A stretch of DNA of 64,000 nucleotides from Endomicrobiales bacterium (lineage in GTDB: Bacteria; Elusimicrobiota; Endomicrobiia; Endomicrobiales; CAWCFT01): NCBI GenBank assembly GCA_963794945.1, contig CAWCFT010000013.1, forward strand, positions 1 through 64,000, given 5' to 3'. The notes under the pieces are model-generated. The model did not search any database and was not told the origin of the DNA. It saw nothing but the letters and a program-made list of their open reading frames with translations. The stretch's first letter is position 1, and every line of letters begins with the position of its first letter. The translations under genes were made by a program, and so were the position numbers. This document shows, piece after piece, positions 41,015-52,381 of this stretch.

Positions 41015-42452
41015 ATGATCAAATTTGGAACGTCTGGCTGGAGAGGTGTTATCGCGGACGAGTTCACTTTTGCAAATGTCAGGCTCGTCACACAGGCAAT
41101 CAGCCGCTTACCTGAACAAAAAAGCGGACGAAGAAAAAAAGACACTCTGCTCCGTGGTTGTGGGTTACGACACGCGTTTCCTGTCCGAGAATTTCGCGCG
41201 CTGTTCAGCTGAAGTTCTCGCCGGCAACGGCATAAAAACACTCCTATGCAGCCGCAACACACCAACTCCAGTTATATCGTATGAGATACTCCGCAGAAAA
41301 GCCGACGGCGGTATAAATTTTACCGCGAGCCGCAACCCTGCGCAGTACAACGGCCTCAAGTTCTCTCCTTCGTGGGGAGGGCCGGCGCTTCCTGAAACCA
41401 CCCAGATCATAGAAAAATACTGCAGGGAGATCAAGGCCCCGGAAATACGAAGCATGGAATTTTCCGAGGCAAAAGAACAAAAGCTTGTGGAAGTTATTGA
41501 CCCCCGCCCAGCTTACCTAAAAAGAATAAGGCAATTAGTTGACCTAAAGAGCATCGGCAAAAGCCACATCAAGATAGCGATCGACCTCTTGAACGGCACA
41601 GGCGCCGGTTACCTCGACGAGCTCGTTGAAGAAACAGGCTGCAGGTGCAAAGTGATAGGCAAACAGCGCGACGTGCTTTTTGGAGGGCATGCGCCAGAAC
41701 CGTCGAAAGAGAATCTCGGAGAACTTTTTGAAGTCATGAAAAAGGAATCCTGCCGCATAGGTATTTCCACTGACGGAGACGCCGACAGGTTCGGCATACT
41801 TGACACTGACGGCAGTTTCATAAACCCGAATGAGACTATAGCCCTTCTTCTCTATCACCTTATAAAGACCAGGAAATGGAAAGGCGTCGCCGCGAGAAGC
41901 GTGATGACAACGCACCTTATCGACAGGATAGCGGAAAAATTCGCGGTAGAAGTGCGCGAGACCCCTGTAGGTTTCAAATACATCGGCGAGGTGATGGTCA
42001 AGGAAGGAGACAAGTTCATCATAGGCGGGGAAGAATCCGGCGGGCTGACCATCAGAGGGCACATACCGGAAAAAGACGGTGTGCTTGCGTGCCTGCTGGT
42101 CGCAGAAATGGCCGCTATTTCAAAGAAGCCTTTGAGAAAGTCGCTCGAAGAGATTGAAAAGCTTGTAGGTACGGTCATCTCGGACAGAGTGAATTTCCAT
42201 TTGCTGCCAGGAGAGATGGACGATTTCAGGTTGGCGCTTGAAAAAAGACAGCCGCAAACCTTCGACGCGCTTAAGGTCAAAAAGACAGTCACTCTTGACG
42301 GCCACAAGTTCATACTTGAAGACGGTTCCTGGATAGGGTTCAGGCTCTCGGGAACCGAACCGGTGGTTAGAATGTATGTTGAGTCGGATTCAAAGATAAA
42401 GATAAAAAAACTTATATCTGCCGGAAAAAAGTTCGTGTCCGGCGGCAAGTGA
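41015..42452 (+). CDS. Phosphoglucomutase/phosphomannomutase family protein; apparent frameshift near 41108
   Basis: IKFGTSGWRG; TASRNP (usually TASHNP); DGDADR; GGEESGG; RLSGTEP. Confidence 0.9.
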
Positions 42453-42491
42453 AAAGCAGGAAAGAGGTCGGTGCATTTTGACGGTAAAAGA

Positions 42492-44042
42492 ATGAGCCAA
42501 AACCCGGATAAGCTGAAGCTGGTCCTGGAAGCCAACAGGATAATATCTTCCACGCTCAATACGCCTGAGCTCTTGCGGCAGGTGATGAGGCTGGCAACGG
42601 AAGTGGTTGGAGCAGAATCGTCATCGATCCTGCTTTATGACGCCAAGACTGACGAGCTGTATTTTGACCTGGCCCTCGGAGAAAATGAGTCAGAGCTCAA
42701 AACGATCAGGCTTAAAGCAGGCGAGGGTATAGCCGGCTGGGTCGCAAAGAACAGGAAGACACAGGTAGTAAACGATGTTGCAACGGACCCGCGCTGGGTA
42801 AAACACACAGACCAAAAAATAAAATTCCGTACCCGCTCCATTATCGCAGCGCCGCTTGTGTACAAGAATGAGCTCCTCGGAGTGGTTGAAGCGATAAACA
42901 AGAGAGACGGCCATTTTTCGGCAGAAGAAGACGCGGGGATACTGGAGGCGTTTGCGGCGCAGGCCGCGGTTTCCATAGAGAACGCCCGCATTTTCGAGAG
43001 CCTGCAGGAAGCGAAAGAAAAAGTTGAAGCCGTGTTTTCACAGATGTCTGACGGCGCGGTTTTGGTAGACGGCAAAGGCTCGAAAATATTCTTCAATGAA
43101 TCCGCTGGCAAACTGTTGGGCAGCGAGAATACTTCAAAAGGGACTGCCGCGGAGATTTTCGGCGGGTTTGAACACAACCCTCCCATAACGGATATTATGG
43201 CCGCGGGAGCAAAAAAAACTTCTTTTGAATTTAAAAGGGCAGAGCCAAAGACACTGTATGTAAGCGGTACGGCAACTAAAATATTCAATTCAACTGGCGT
43301 TATAGGCAGCATTTTCATTTTCGGCGATGTGACAGAAGAGAAAAAAGAAAGCCTTGTGAAGAGGAATTTTCTGTCACTGATAAGCCATAAGCTTAAGACG
43401 CCGCTCGTTACTATAACCGGGTATGGGCCGCTACTGTTAGACGACCCTGCGCTTAGCGACTTCCAAAGAAAAGCAATTCAAACTATAACTAAGCAGGGAA
43501 ATTATCTTCAGAGCTTGGTGGAAAAACTCTTGAATTTTACGCTTATAGACGATGAAGGCCCCGCCGCTGATAAAGCAGAGGGCAGTTTAATGAAAACCGC
43601 GGTGCAGGCGGTTAGTTCGCTGGAAAACTACCTTGAAGATAAGGATGCCGTTGTAATTATCAGAGACGAGCTAAAAGGTATACCTTCAATTATAATGGAC
43701 GAAAGGAAGGTGGAAGCATCCTTAAAAAATATTATCGAGAACGCTGTAAAATTCAATAACGGCAAAGAAAAGAATGTTGAGATAGGTCCTGTAAAGTCAG
43801 AAGGATTCGTAGGCATATATATTAAAGACAACGGGCCCGGAATACCGCCCGAAGAAAGGGAAAGGATATTCCAGAAGTTCTACCAGATAGAAGAATCTTT
43901 CACGGGACAGGTCGAAGGGGCGGGATTGGGGCTCGCGCTTGTCAAACAGATTATAGAAGCGCACGGCGGGAAGATCGTTCTTGAAAGCAGCGTCGGCATC
44001 GGTTCGACATTCAACCTTTTGTTCCCTGCGCGCGGAGAGTGA
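42492..44042 (+). CDS. GAF-PAS sensor histidine kinase
   Basis: GEGIAGWVA; INKRDG; SHKLKTPL; NIIENAVKF; DNGPGIP; GAGLGL. Confidence 0.9.
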   Translation: MSQNPDKLKLVLEANRIISSTLNTPELLRQVMRLATEVVGAESSSILLYDAKTDELYFDLALGENESELKTIRLKAGEGIAGWVAKNRKTQVVNDVATDPRWVKHTDQKIKFRTRSIIAAPLVYKNELLGVVEAINKRDGHFSAEEDAGILEAFAAQAAVSIENARIFESLQEAKEKVEAVFSQMSDGAVLVDGKGSKIFFNESAGKLLGSENTSKGTAAEIFGGFEHNPPITDIMAAGAKKTSFEFKRAEPKTLYVSGTATKIFNSTGVIGSIFIFGDVTEEKKESLVKRNFLSLISHKLKTPLVTITGYGPLLLDDPALSDFQRKAIQTITKQGNYLQSLVEKLLNFTLIDDEGPAADKAEGSLMKTAVQAVSSLENYLEDKDAVVIIRDELKGIPSIIMDERKVEASLKNIIENAVKFNNGKEKNVEIGPVKSEGFVGIYIKDNGPGIPPEERERIFQKFYQIEESFTGQVEGAGLGLALVKQIIEAHGGKIVLESSVGIGSTFNLLFPARGE

Positions 44043-44046
44043 TGTT

Positions 44047-44736
44047 ATGAACAAGCTAGACTACCTAAAAAATGTGCCTTTATTTTACGGGTTCAATAAA
44101 AAGGACCTCAGCCAGTCTTCAGAAGATATCTACCGTGCAGGCTTTCAGGAGCGGTGAAAGCATATTTGAAGAGAACACACCCGGTAACAAACTCTATATA
44201 GTCCTTTCCGGCAGGGTGAAAATATTCGCAATGGCCGGCCGTAAAAAAAAGACGCTTGCCTATCTTGAAAAAGGCGAGTTTTTCGGTGAGATGGCGCTAC
44301 TGGACATGCAATCCCGTTCGGCATCCAGCATAGCCGTGGAGCACACGGAACTTCTGGAAGTGAGACAGAACGATTTTCGGAGACTGCTTGTCGCACATCC
44401 TGATATATCACTGAGAATAATGAAAACTCTCTCAAGGCGGCTTAGACAGGCCGATAAAGAGATAGAAGCGCTTACGTTTGGTGATGTGCTGGGCCGTATC
44501 GCGTCTACTCTTTTGCGCTTGGCGCTAAGTACGGGACGATAACCGAAGACGGCTGTGAAATTAAGATGCCGTTAAACCATCGCGATATCGCCGAGATCGC
44601 AGGCACTGGCCGGGAGATGGTTTCAAGAACGCTGAACCGTTTCCGCCGCTTGGGTATAATAAAATATGATGACATGTCGCTGATAATTAACGATGCGCAG
44701 AAACTAAAATTATTCACTACGGCAAACCAGGGATAA
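44047..44736 (+). CDS. Crp/Fnr-family transcriptional regulator; apparent frameshifts near 44095 and 44525
   Basis: cNMP-binding FFGEMALL...RSAS; the downstream frame gives the HTH PLNHRDIAEIAGTGREMVSRTL. Confidence 0.88.
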
Positions 44737-44743
44737 AATATAA

Positions 44744-46002
44744 ATGAATTTCAAAGCACCACGGGGAACGCACGATCTTATAGCTGAGGACGCACTCAAT
44801 ATACGCCATCTGGAGGCTGTTTGCCGCAATATATTTACAAAGTGGGATTATTCCGAGATATGCCTTCCCAGCTTTGAGGACGCGGGACTTTTTACGCGTT
44901 CGATAGGCGAGAGCACCGATATTGTTGAAAAAGAGATGTATGTGTTCGAAGACAGGAAGGGCAGAAAGCTGGCGCTCAGGCCCGAGGGGACGGCATCGGC
45001 AGTAAGAGCGCTGGTAGAGAACGGGCTCCTACAGAAAATGCCAGTACCGAAACTTTTTTACGCTGGATCCATGTTCCGCTACGAGCGGCCACAGGCTGGC
45101 AGGTACCGTGAATTCTTTCAAGTCGGGGCTGAATATTTTGCAAACCCAGACCCGGCCGCGGACGCCGAGATCATAGTCATAGCCAATGATATCCTTAAGA
45201 ACATGGGCCTTCAAAAAACAGTTATACATATTAACACTCTCGGATGCGCGGCCTGCAGGCCGGCTTTCCGTGATGCGCTGAAGAACTATTTCAACTCGCA
45301 AAAGGACCTCTGCGGAGATTGCCAGCGGAGGCTTGAGAAGAATCCTTTACGCCTGCTGGACTGCAAGATAGATGGCCCCAGGTTCACGGATGTTCCAAAA
45401 ATGGAAGATTTTCTTTGTAAGGAGTGCGCTGGACACTTTGAGCAAGTTAAGGGGCTGCTTGAAAAGGCCGGTTGTGCGTTCACCGTTGACCACCGCCTTG
45501 TGCGCGGGCTCGATTACTATACGAAGACGATATTCGAGATACGAAGCGCTCTGGTAGGTTCGCAGGACGCTCTCTGCGCTGGCGGAAGGTACGACAACCT
45601 CGTTGAGGAGTTGGGCGAGCCCGACCCAGGCTGTAGGATTTGCGCTTGGTTCGGAGCGAGTGGTGTTGGCTGCAAGCAATGAAAATCCCGGGTGGCGCAC
45701 AGCCGCCTTTTAAAATATTTATTGCTGTTTCGGGGGACAAACTTCAGAAAGAAGCTTTCGGTTTCGCGGTTAAACTGAGGACTTCCGAAGTCAATGACCC
45801 GATGAGATTTGGACTTGCGATTGGTGATAAAAATATCTGCGTAGAGGGCCCATTCAACGGGAAAAGCCTCAAGAGTCAGTTAAAACTCGCCGACAGGTTC
45901 GGCGCAGATATAACTATTATTTTTGGAGAAGAAGAGTACGCGCGCGGCGCAATCGCTGTGCGTGACATGAAAACCCAGCAGCAGCATGAAATAAAACTAT
46001 AA
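44744..46002 (+). CDS. hisS: Histidyl-tRNA synthetase; apparent frameshifts at about 45620-45680
   Basis: PRGTHD; LRPEGTA; FRYERPQAGRYREF; LVRGLDYY; GGRYD; anticodon-binding domain in 45640..46002. Confidence 0.95.
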
Positions 46003-46011
46003 ACGGGGAAC

Positions 46012-46923
46012 ATGGAACTGCAAAGGGAACTCGAACTGTTGCGAGAGAGCTGGACGGAAACATTTGACCAGCTTTTCGTGCTTTATGAAGTGGCGCGGGA
46101 GGTGTCCAGCGTTCTCGACCTCGACAGCGTGCTGGAACACATAGTTAACCACGCCTTCCTTCTTCTGGAAGCTGAAGCGGCTTGCGTGCTTTTGGTGGAC
46201 CGCAAGACAGGCAGGCTCATCCCCAGAGTGATCAAACACGAAAAAGGGCAGGAAACAAAAAAGGACAGCCTGCATATCGAATTTGGCAAGGGCATCGCTG
46301 GCGAGGTTGCAAGCTCGCGTAAACCCATAATAATAACCCAGGATGTAAACGAAAAACAGTTCAGGGAAGATTCCGAGATATTCAAGGTCAAAACGCCGCG
46401 TAACCTCTTGTGCGTTCCGATAGTCCTGCGCGGGGGGGATACAATAGGTGTTATAGAGATAATAAACAAGAAGAACAAGACATTCACATCCAGGGACAGG
46501 GATTTCCTTATGGCTATCGCTAATATCTCCGCCCTTAGTGTTGAAAATGCCAAGGTTTACGAGCAGCTTAAGAATAACGAAGTTTACCAGTCGCAGGTGA
46601 TAGAGAACCTGCCCGAAGGTTTTTTCGCTATCAACGGGTCCGGCAAAATAACTCACATGAATTCCTGCGCGCAGAAACTCCTGGGCCTGGAATCTGACGG
46701 GACGCTTCTGGGCCAGACTTGCGATATTGTGCTTAAAGAAGAATCGGAACTGAACGGTTATTTGAAAGCGGCGATGACAGAGGGGCGTGTAAAAAAGTGG
46801 CAGGAAATATCTCTTAGAAAAACTGGAAAGCCGGTGTTCCTTTTCACGTTCGTTTTCAGAAAAGAGGACAATTCGGTCCTCGGCGCCGGAGCGGTGCTGC
46901 AGGACATGGTATTGAAAAGATAA
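46012..46923 (+). CDS. GAF-PAS domain protein without output domain
   Basis: GKGIAGEV; IINKK...F; C-terminal PAS (NLPEGFFAIN...QD). Confidence 0.82.
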   Translation: MELQRELELLRESWTETFDQLFVLYEVAREVSSVLDLDSVLEHIVNHAFLLLEAEAACVLLVDRKTGRLIPRVIKHEKGQETKKDSLHIEFGKGIAGEVASSRKPIIITQDVNEKQFREDSEIFKVKTPRNLLCVPIVLRGGDTIGVIEIINKKNKTFTSRDRDFLMAIANISALSVENAKVYEQLKNNEVYQSQVIENLPEGFFAINGSGKITHMNSCAQKLLGLESDGTLLGQTCDIVLKEESELNGYLKAAMTEGRVKKWQEISLRKTGKPVFLFTFVFRKEDNSVLGAGAVLQDMVLKR

Positions 46924-46963
46924 AGAATATTTCCGCGTGTAATAAGTTTTAAGGGTAAGAACT

Positions 46964-48727
46964 ATGGAAAAAAAGAAACTAACGAGCCTACTGATCTCTG
47001 CCGGGGCGGGGCTGCTGGTCCTTGGGTTTTGGTTCATCGGTACGTTCCAGGGGCTTGAAAACAGGTCGCTTGATTACCGTTTCAAGCTGAGAGGCCCCAT
47101 ATCGGGTTCAAAGGATGTTGTAATAGTGGCGTTTGACGAGGAATCGTTTAAGGAGCTGGGGCGTTGGCCTTGGCCGCGCCAAATGCACGGTAAGGTTGTA
47201 GATCGCCTAACCCGCGCGGGAGCCAAAGCGATAGTTTTTGATATGCTGCTTCCGGAGCCTGATCAGGGCGACCCGGCTTCTGACAGATATTTCGCTGAGG
47301 CTGCAAAGAGATCAAAAAGGGTCGCGATAGGTTCGTTTTACCGTAATGACGCCGAAGGCAATCCCATAGATTTTGTACTTCCAATAGAGATGTTCAGGAA
47401 GAACTGCGTTGTGGGTTTTGTCAACATTTCACCTGAGCTAGACGGCATATGCCGGAAGATACCGCTCTTCAAGGGATATAAGGGCGACATAGTCCCGTCC
47501 CTTTCGCTTGCCGGCCTTTCGATATACTTAAACCAGCCCGCGGACGAGATCATAAAAAGCAGAAAGATATCCATAGACGAATATTATGAGATGCTGATAA
47601 ACTTTGTTGGCGGCTACGAAAGCTTTCCGTATTATTCGTTCTACAAAGTATTAGGTGGAGAAATACCAGCCGAGAAGTTCAAGGATAAGATAGTTATTCT
47701 CGGCGGCACAGCGATGGGCCTTTTTGACTATAAATCTATACCCTACTCGCCTACTTTTCCCGGCCTTGAAATACACGCGAACGCAATCTCAAATATCCTG
47801 CAAGACAATTACCTGCGACCGTGGCCCGCATACGCGACATTCTTGCTGATTGTAATTTTTGCTGCCCTTCCGGGCCTTGTGCTCAACCGCTTTTCACCGC
47901 TTACGGCTGGCATAGTCACGCTGTCCGGGCTTGCCGGGTATTTCCTGCTGGTATACAGCCTTTTTGCATTAAAGTTCATCTACGCCGAGTTCGTTGCCCC
48001 GGCGTCCAGCTTCGCCCTTAGCTACGTCGGAGTATTGTTTTACAGGTTCATGACCAAAGAAAAAGAAAAACGCAAGATGAAAAAAACGTTCGGGCAGCTC
48101 GTTAACCCGCGGGTGCTCGAAAAAATGCTTAACGACCCGAGCTATCAAAAAGTTGGCGGACGCAAGGAGCTCCTTACCGTTCTTTTTTCAGATATCCGCG
48201 GTTTCACAACCATAACAGAGAACCTTCCTTCGGAAGAATTGGTTAGCCAGCTAAACGAATACCTCGGTAAAATGGTCGAGGTCGTCTTCCGGCACGACGG
48301 CACTCTGGACAAGTTCATAGGAGACGCCGTGATGGCGATATTCGGAGCTCCGGTCCCGCAGAACGAACACGCGAAGAGGGCCGTACTCTGCGCGATCGAT
48401 ATGATGAGCGAGCTTGCCGTCCTCCAGGAGAAATGGAGATCCGAGGGCAAACCTGTGTTCGAGATCGGCATTGGAGTCAACACCGGTGAGATGACGGTTG
48501 GGTTCATGGGCTCGCAGGAGAAAAAGGAATACACCGTGATAGGTGACAACGTCAATCTTGGCAGCCGGCTCGAGGGCCTGAACAAAGAGTACAAGACCCA
48601 CATAATAATTTCTGATTCCACTTACCAGGCTGTTAAAGATATAATCGAAGCAAAACCGCTTGGCGCCGTGAAGGTCAAGGGAAGAATGAAGCCAGTTGAC
48701 ATATTCGAAGTAGTTGGGAAAAAATAG
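46964..48727 (+). CDS. CHASE2-domain adenylate/guanylate cyclase
   Basis: WPWPR; 3 TM segments; FSDIRGFT; DKFIGDAVMA; EYTVIGDNVNLGSRLE; VKGR. Confidence 0.93.
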   Translation: MEKKKLTSLLISAGAGLLVLGFWFIGTFQGLENRSLDYRFKLRGPISGSKDVVIVAFDEESFKELGRWPWPRQMHGKVVDRLTRAGAKAIVFDMLLPEPDQGDPASDRYFAEAAKRSKRVAIGSFYRNDAEGNPIDFVLPIEMFRKNCVVGFVNISPELDGICRKIPLFKGYKGDIVPSLSLAGLSIYLNQPADEIIKSRKISIDEYYEMLINFVGGYESFPYYSFYKVLGGEIPAEKFKDKIVILGGTAMGLFDYKSIPYSPTFPGLEIHANAISNILQDNYLRPWPAYATFLLIVIFAALPGLVLNRFSPLTAGIVTLSGLAGYFLLVYSLFALKFIYAEFVAPASSFALSYVGVLFYRFMTKEKEKRKMKKTFGQLVNPRVLEKMLNDPSYQKVGGRKELLTVLFSDIRGFTTITENLPSEELVSQLNEYLGKMVEVVFRHDGTLDKFIGDAVMAIFGAPVPQNEHAKRAVLCAIDMMSELAVLQEKWRSEGKPVFEIGIGVNTGEMTVGFMGSQEKKEYTVIGDNVNLGSRLEGLNKEYKTHIIISDSTYQAVKDIIEAKPLGAVKVKGRMKPVDIFEVVGKK

Positions 48728-48738
48728 GGAGTTTGAAG

Positions 48739-49438
48739 ATGGAAATATTTTGGAAGCTGGTGCTCGCCCATCTGCTCGGTGATTTTACTTTCCAGACAGA
48801 TTTTATCGCCAAGTGGAAGAGGGAAAGTATTTTTGGCGGTCTGATGCACTCCCTAATTTTTTTTGCATGCGCTGCGGCTCTGTGTTTTGGACAGCTCGGA
48901 GAACATTGGGCGGCATGGGGGGTATCATTCCCGGTGAACGGATGGGTCATGCTCGCCGTACTAAGCCTTTTTCATTTTTTCGAAGACGAGTGGCGTGTCC
49001 GGACCATCAGAAAAGCCCAGTCCGCAGACTCGTTCTTATTCTTTATAATTGATCAGTGCATACATATCGGGCTTATTTTTGTCTTTTTTCCGCCGCAAAC
49101 TTGGCAGATGCCGGAAAAATGGATATTCCTTTCAATGCTTTTCGTGCTTACCACACATTTCACTTCAATATTCGTATATTTCTCTGAAAAAGCCGTGTTC
49201 TGGTTTTTCTAGACTCGAAATGGGTGAAAGATATTTTTCAATGGCCGAGCGGCTAGCCGTAAGCCTTGCGCTTCTGCTCCCGGGTTTTTGGGCATTATGT
49301 TTCGCAGTTGCATGGCTACCTGGGATAATAATAAGACGAAACCACAAAGGGTTCGAATCCTCGCTGATGAATGTGATAATCGGAAATGTTCTCGCTGTGG
49401 TTTTCGGGATGGCGGGCAGATTAATCTTATATAGATGA
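48739..49438 (+). CDS. DUF3307-like membrane protein; apparent frameshift near 49200
   Basis: LAHLLGDFTFQ; H..HF.D; FIIDQCIH; ERL motif in 49049..49438. Confidence 0.7.
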
Positions 49439-49535
49439 TGTGTTGGGCCCACCATAATCAGTTTGCAGGGAAGTAAATGGATTATAGATCAGGCTCAAGC
49501 AGTCAATAGGTTGTTAACGTGTAATCCAGAAATTA

Positions 49536-49564
49536 TTGACAAAACATGAGATTTCATATAAAAT
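49536..49564 (+). promoter_or_regulatory. Sigma70-type promoter
   Basis: TTGACA-17 bp-TAAAAT. Confidence 0.7.
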
Positions 49565-49643
49565 CTAAGCAATATTGAGTTTTCCCGCGCAGGCGAAATT
49601 GCCTGTAGCCCAAATACCTATAAACCTCTGTACGGAGGGAAAT

Positions 49644-50852
49644 GTGCTGAGAATCCCGAACACAACTATTTTTCTGACGCCACCGGACATTTTGGCGCTT
49701 GTCTTTGCCGCGCTTAATATCATCCTTCTATTTATCGGCGTAGGAAAACTCGCTATCTTCGGCGCGCTTGACAGCCTTGTTTATTTGATCGTTCCGAAAT
49801 TCGCGATAAAATATGACCACATGAAGTACTACCCCTGGCACATAAAGGAAGAAGACGGCAAAGTAAAAAAAGCCTTCAAAACGCCAAGGGATATTTATTA
49901 TCCCGGCATTGCCCCGCTTCACGAAAGACTGGGTGATTTTATATTGCGGTTCCCTCTGTTCAGTCTGACATTTTTTGTCATGTTTGCTCCCTTCGCTGCC
50001 AAGTTCGTGGGGCCGTATTTTGACAAGGTTATGGAACTGTTAGGTCCGATAACAAAGCTTGGCTGGATGCCTTCTTCGTCCGGGCTTTTCCGGATATTCG
50101 TAATTTTGTTCTTTTTGCCGTTCTCGTCAATCCACTCTACACTTGTTTCGTTCTACACTTTGATAGTTTATCCAATAAAAGTAATATTCAATGTAATAGT
50201 GCCGCCGTGCATATTCGCCTGTGTTTTCGTCCTGTTATTCATGCTCGAAGTAACGCTTATTTATGTAGGCTTCCTGCCGCTTTTTCACCAGGGTATAATC
50301 CCATTTATAGATGCGGGAACTGGTCTTAAACAGTTTGTATTCTGGATGCCGATAAAGTTCAGGATATACATCGACCTGGTGATCGCGCCGGTAGTTATAG
50401 TGGTGCCCCTTATTACGACAATAGGAAGCTACATTCTTTCGAGGCACGATAAGAGCGATGAACATAAGATAGACTACGTGGTGCTTTTTTACAAAACAGG
50501 GATATCGTATCTTTATGCTCCTTTGCTCGCTAAAATATTCCCTAAACTTGGCGATGAGGCCAGGGTAGTCAGGGAAGAAAGAAAGATCAACGAAGTTCTT
50601 GTGATCGGCATGTATCTGGAAAGCCTAGTCTGCGTGGCCGGCACAGCTTACGCTTACGTGAGCCTAGCTAATGCCTCCAATGTGCCTATGAGCGGAATAT
50701 TTTTAGGTATTCTTGTCATGATAGTGTTTGTACCGCTCATCGTTTTTAGCTCTAACGGATTTCAGTCTTATTTTCTTGATAAAACCATCACATTCGGACA
50801 AAGGATCACAGAACTATATTCATCTTCAAAAAAAAGGATCACCAATGCGTAA
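49644..50852 (+). CDS. Hypothetical multi-pass membrane protein
   Basis: Long ORF with about 8 hydrophobic segments; RBS ggaggga before GTG 49644. Confidence 0.7.
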   Translation: MLRIPNTTIFLTPPDILALVFAALNIILLFIGVGKLAIFGALDSLVYLIVPKFAIKYDHMKYYPWHIKEEDGKVKKAFKTPRDIYYPGIAPLHERLGDFILRFPLFSLTFFVMFAPFAAKFVGPYFDKVMELLGPITKLGWMPSSSGLFRIFVILFFLPFSSIHSTLVSFYTLIVYPIKVIFNVIVPPCIFACVFVLLFMLEVTLIYVGFLPLFHQGIIPFIDAGTGLKQFVFWMPIKFRIYIDLVIAPVVIVVPLITTIGSYILSRHDKSDEHKIDYVVLFYKTGISYLYAPLLAKIFPKLGDEARVVREERKINEVLVIGMYLESLVCVAGTAYAYVSLANASNVPMSGIFLGILVMIVFVPLIVFSSNGFQSYFLDKTITFGQRITELYSSSKKRITNA

Positions 50853-52140
50853 TAAGCTTTTTTTTATTCTTGCTGTGATAACTTTGTTGTGCGGTTGCGG
50901 TAAGCCGCCTGAACAGCCTCACATATACGTAGTGGGAGTCGATTGTTCACGGTCATTCTGGAACACGAGCCTTGTAAGCGAAAAACGTTTTGCCGATCTT
51001 CCAAAAAATAAGGTTCAAGAGATATCTTATAAGATCAGGGAATATCTCAATGAGATAAATATTGCCGTTGAAAGCAAGGATTTTATCAAGCAGACACGTG
51101 TGGAGAGCGGGAGCTTTAAGAAAACCGTTGACAGGGAAGCACTGCGCAAGGAAATGGAAAGCGCGATCGATATGGTCAATATCCTGTCTAACAACATAGG
51201 CGGCACGGAAGATAAACAGTACCTTACGGCAAAAATGAAGATAAGCATGAACTCACTTAAAACCTTTCTTGACAAACGGAATTACGTGCGTGTTACTGAT
51301 GAATCTTCTGGACCAATATTTAATGAAGATATAAGCCCTGCTTCTCTAAGGAAGGTCACTAAATACATCAATTTGATTGGCGACGAGATAAATAAATTCA
51401 GCTATACTGTCAGTATTCCAGATCAGCCCAGGCTTTTGAAGGAGCTCCAGGGTGACATAGGTTCATTGCTGTCCATGGTTGATGCGGATATAAAGAATAA
51501 CAACGCAGCGCCGATTGATAAAAAATGGGTAGATAGCGGGATATACGGTAAAATTAAATCGCTTGAAACTGTTCTCTATTTTAAGATAGGCGACACGCAG
51601 TCTACGACTTGGAAGCCTACGCTCAAGGACATTAACGGTACAATGGACAGCCTTATAGAAGACAGTTATAAGAACGGTGCAAAAGCGTTCTCGAATTCCA
51701 CCGATTACAAGGTGTTTATTCAACGCAGTCTCAGCGAGATCGATAATCTACTGAAAGACTGGGGCAGTTTTGATCAGGATATAGGTGTCAAGGTCACTTT
51801 CATAATCATAGGAGACGGAAAGAACGACCCGGAAGGCAAGTATGAGAACGTGGCGGAATACGATAAGAATCTGCTCTCGGGCATAAAAGAGCTCTTCGAC
51901 CTCAAAAAAGTGAATACCGGCCCTGATTCTGCGTCTTCAAAGCTCGGGGCAATAACATCGCTGGATGTAAAGTTCTGCGTGCCGCAAAAGCGGTACAATA
52001 CTGATATACTTGACTCATGGGTAAAAATGCTGCAGGGCGGTCCTAAAGGCGGCGGAACTCCGGTATACTATTATATGTTCGAGAATTTAAAACAGAATGG
52101 TCGTTTTACTCAGGAATCGATCAAAAAACTTCTCGATTAG
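50845..52140 (+). CDS. Lipoprotein with vWA-like (MIDAS) motifs
   Basis: Lipobox LLCGC; VGVDCSRS; STDY; FIIIGDG. Confidence 0.65.
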   Translation: MRNKLFFILAVITLLCGCGKPPEQPHIYVVGVDCSRSFWNTSLVSEKRFADLPKNKVQEISYKIREYLNEINIAVESKDFIKQTRVESGSFKKTVDREALRKEMESAIDMVNILSNNIGGTEDKQYLTAKMKISMNSLKTFLDKRNYVRVTDESSGPIFNEDISPASLRKVTKYINLIGDEINKFSYTVSIPDQPRLLKELQGDIGSLLSMVDADIKNNNAAPIDKKWVDSGIYGKIKSLETVLYFKIGDTQSTTWKPTLKDINGTMDSLIEDSYKNGAKAFSNSTDYKVFIQRSLSEIDNLLKDWGSFDQDIGVKVTFIIIGDGKNDPEGKYENVAEYDKNLLSGIKELFDLKKVNTGPDSASSKLGAITSLDVKFCVPQKRYNTDILDSWVKMLQGGPKGGGTPVYYYMFENLKQNGRFTQESIKKLLD

Positions 52141-52381
52141 CGCTTAATATGGCGGATTATTATTGTGTTGTTTATCAACCGATCGAACTGCCCACAGCAA
52201 ATATATTTTTATTTTAACTTCAGTCCACCGCCAAATAACAATTATTAAACCGCATGCAAAATCAATCATAATGCATTCGTCTTTCGGCGTAGTATTGTGT
52301 CCAGCTATTGTAAAACCTCTTGTTTTGTAGTAAAATATTACACATAATCAACAAGTTTTTAGTTTAACAAGGAGCTTTGAA

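Noticed and set aside
41323..41340. TASRNP instead of TASHNP in the phosphomutase as a functional novelty
   Set aside because: It is a single-base difference in error-prone sequence, and the catalytic Ser is retained.
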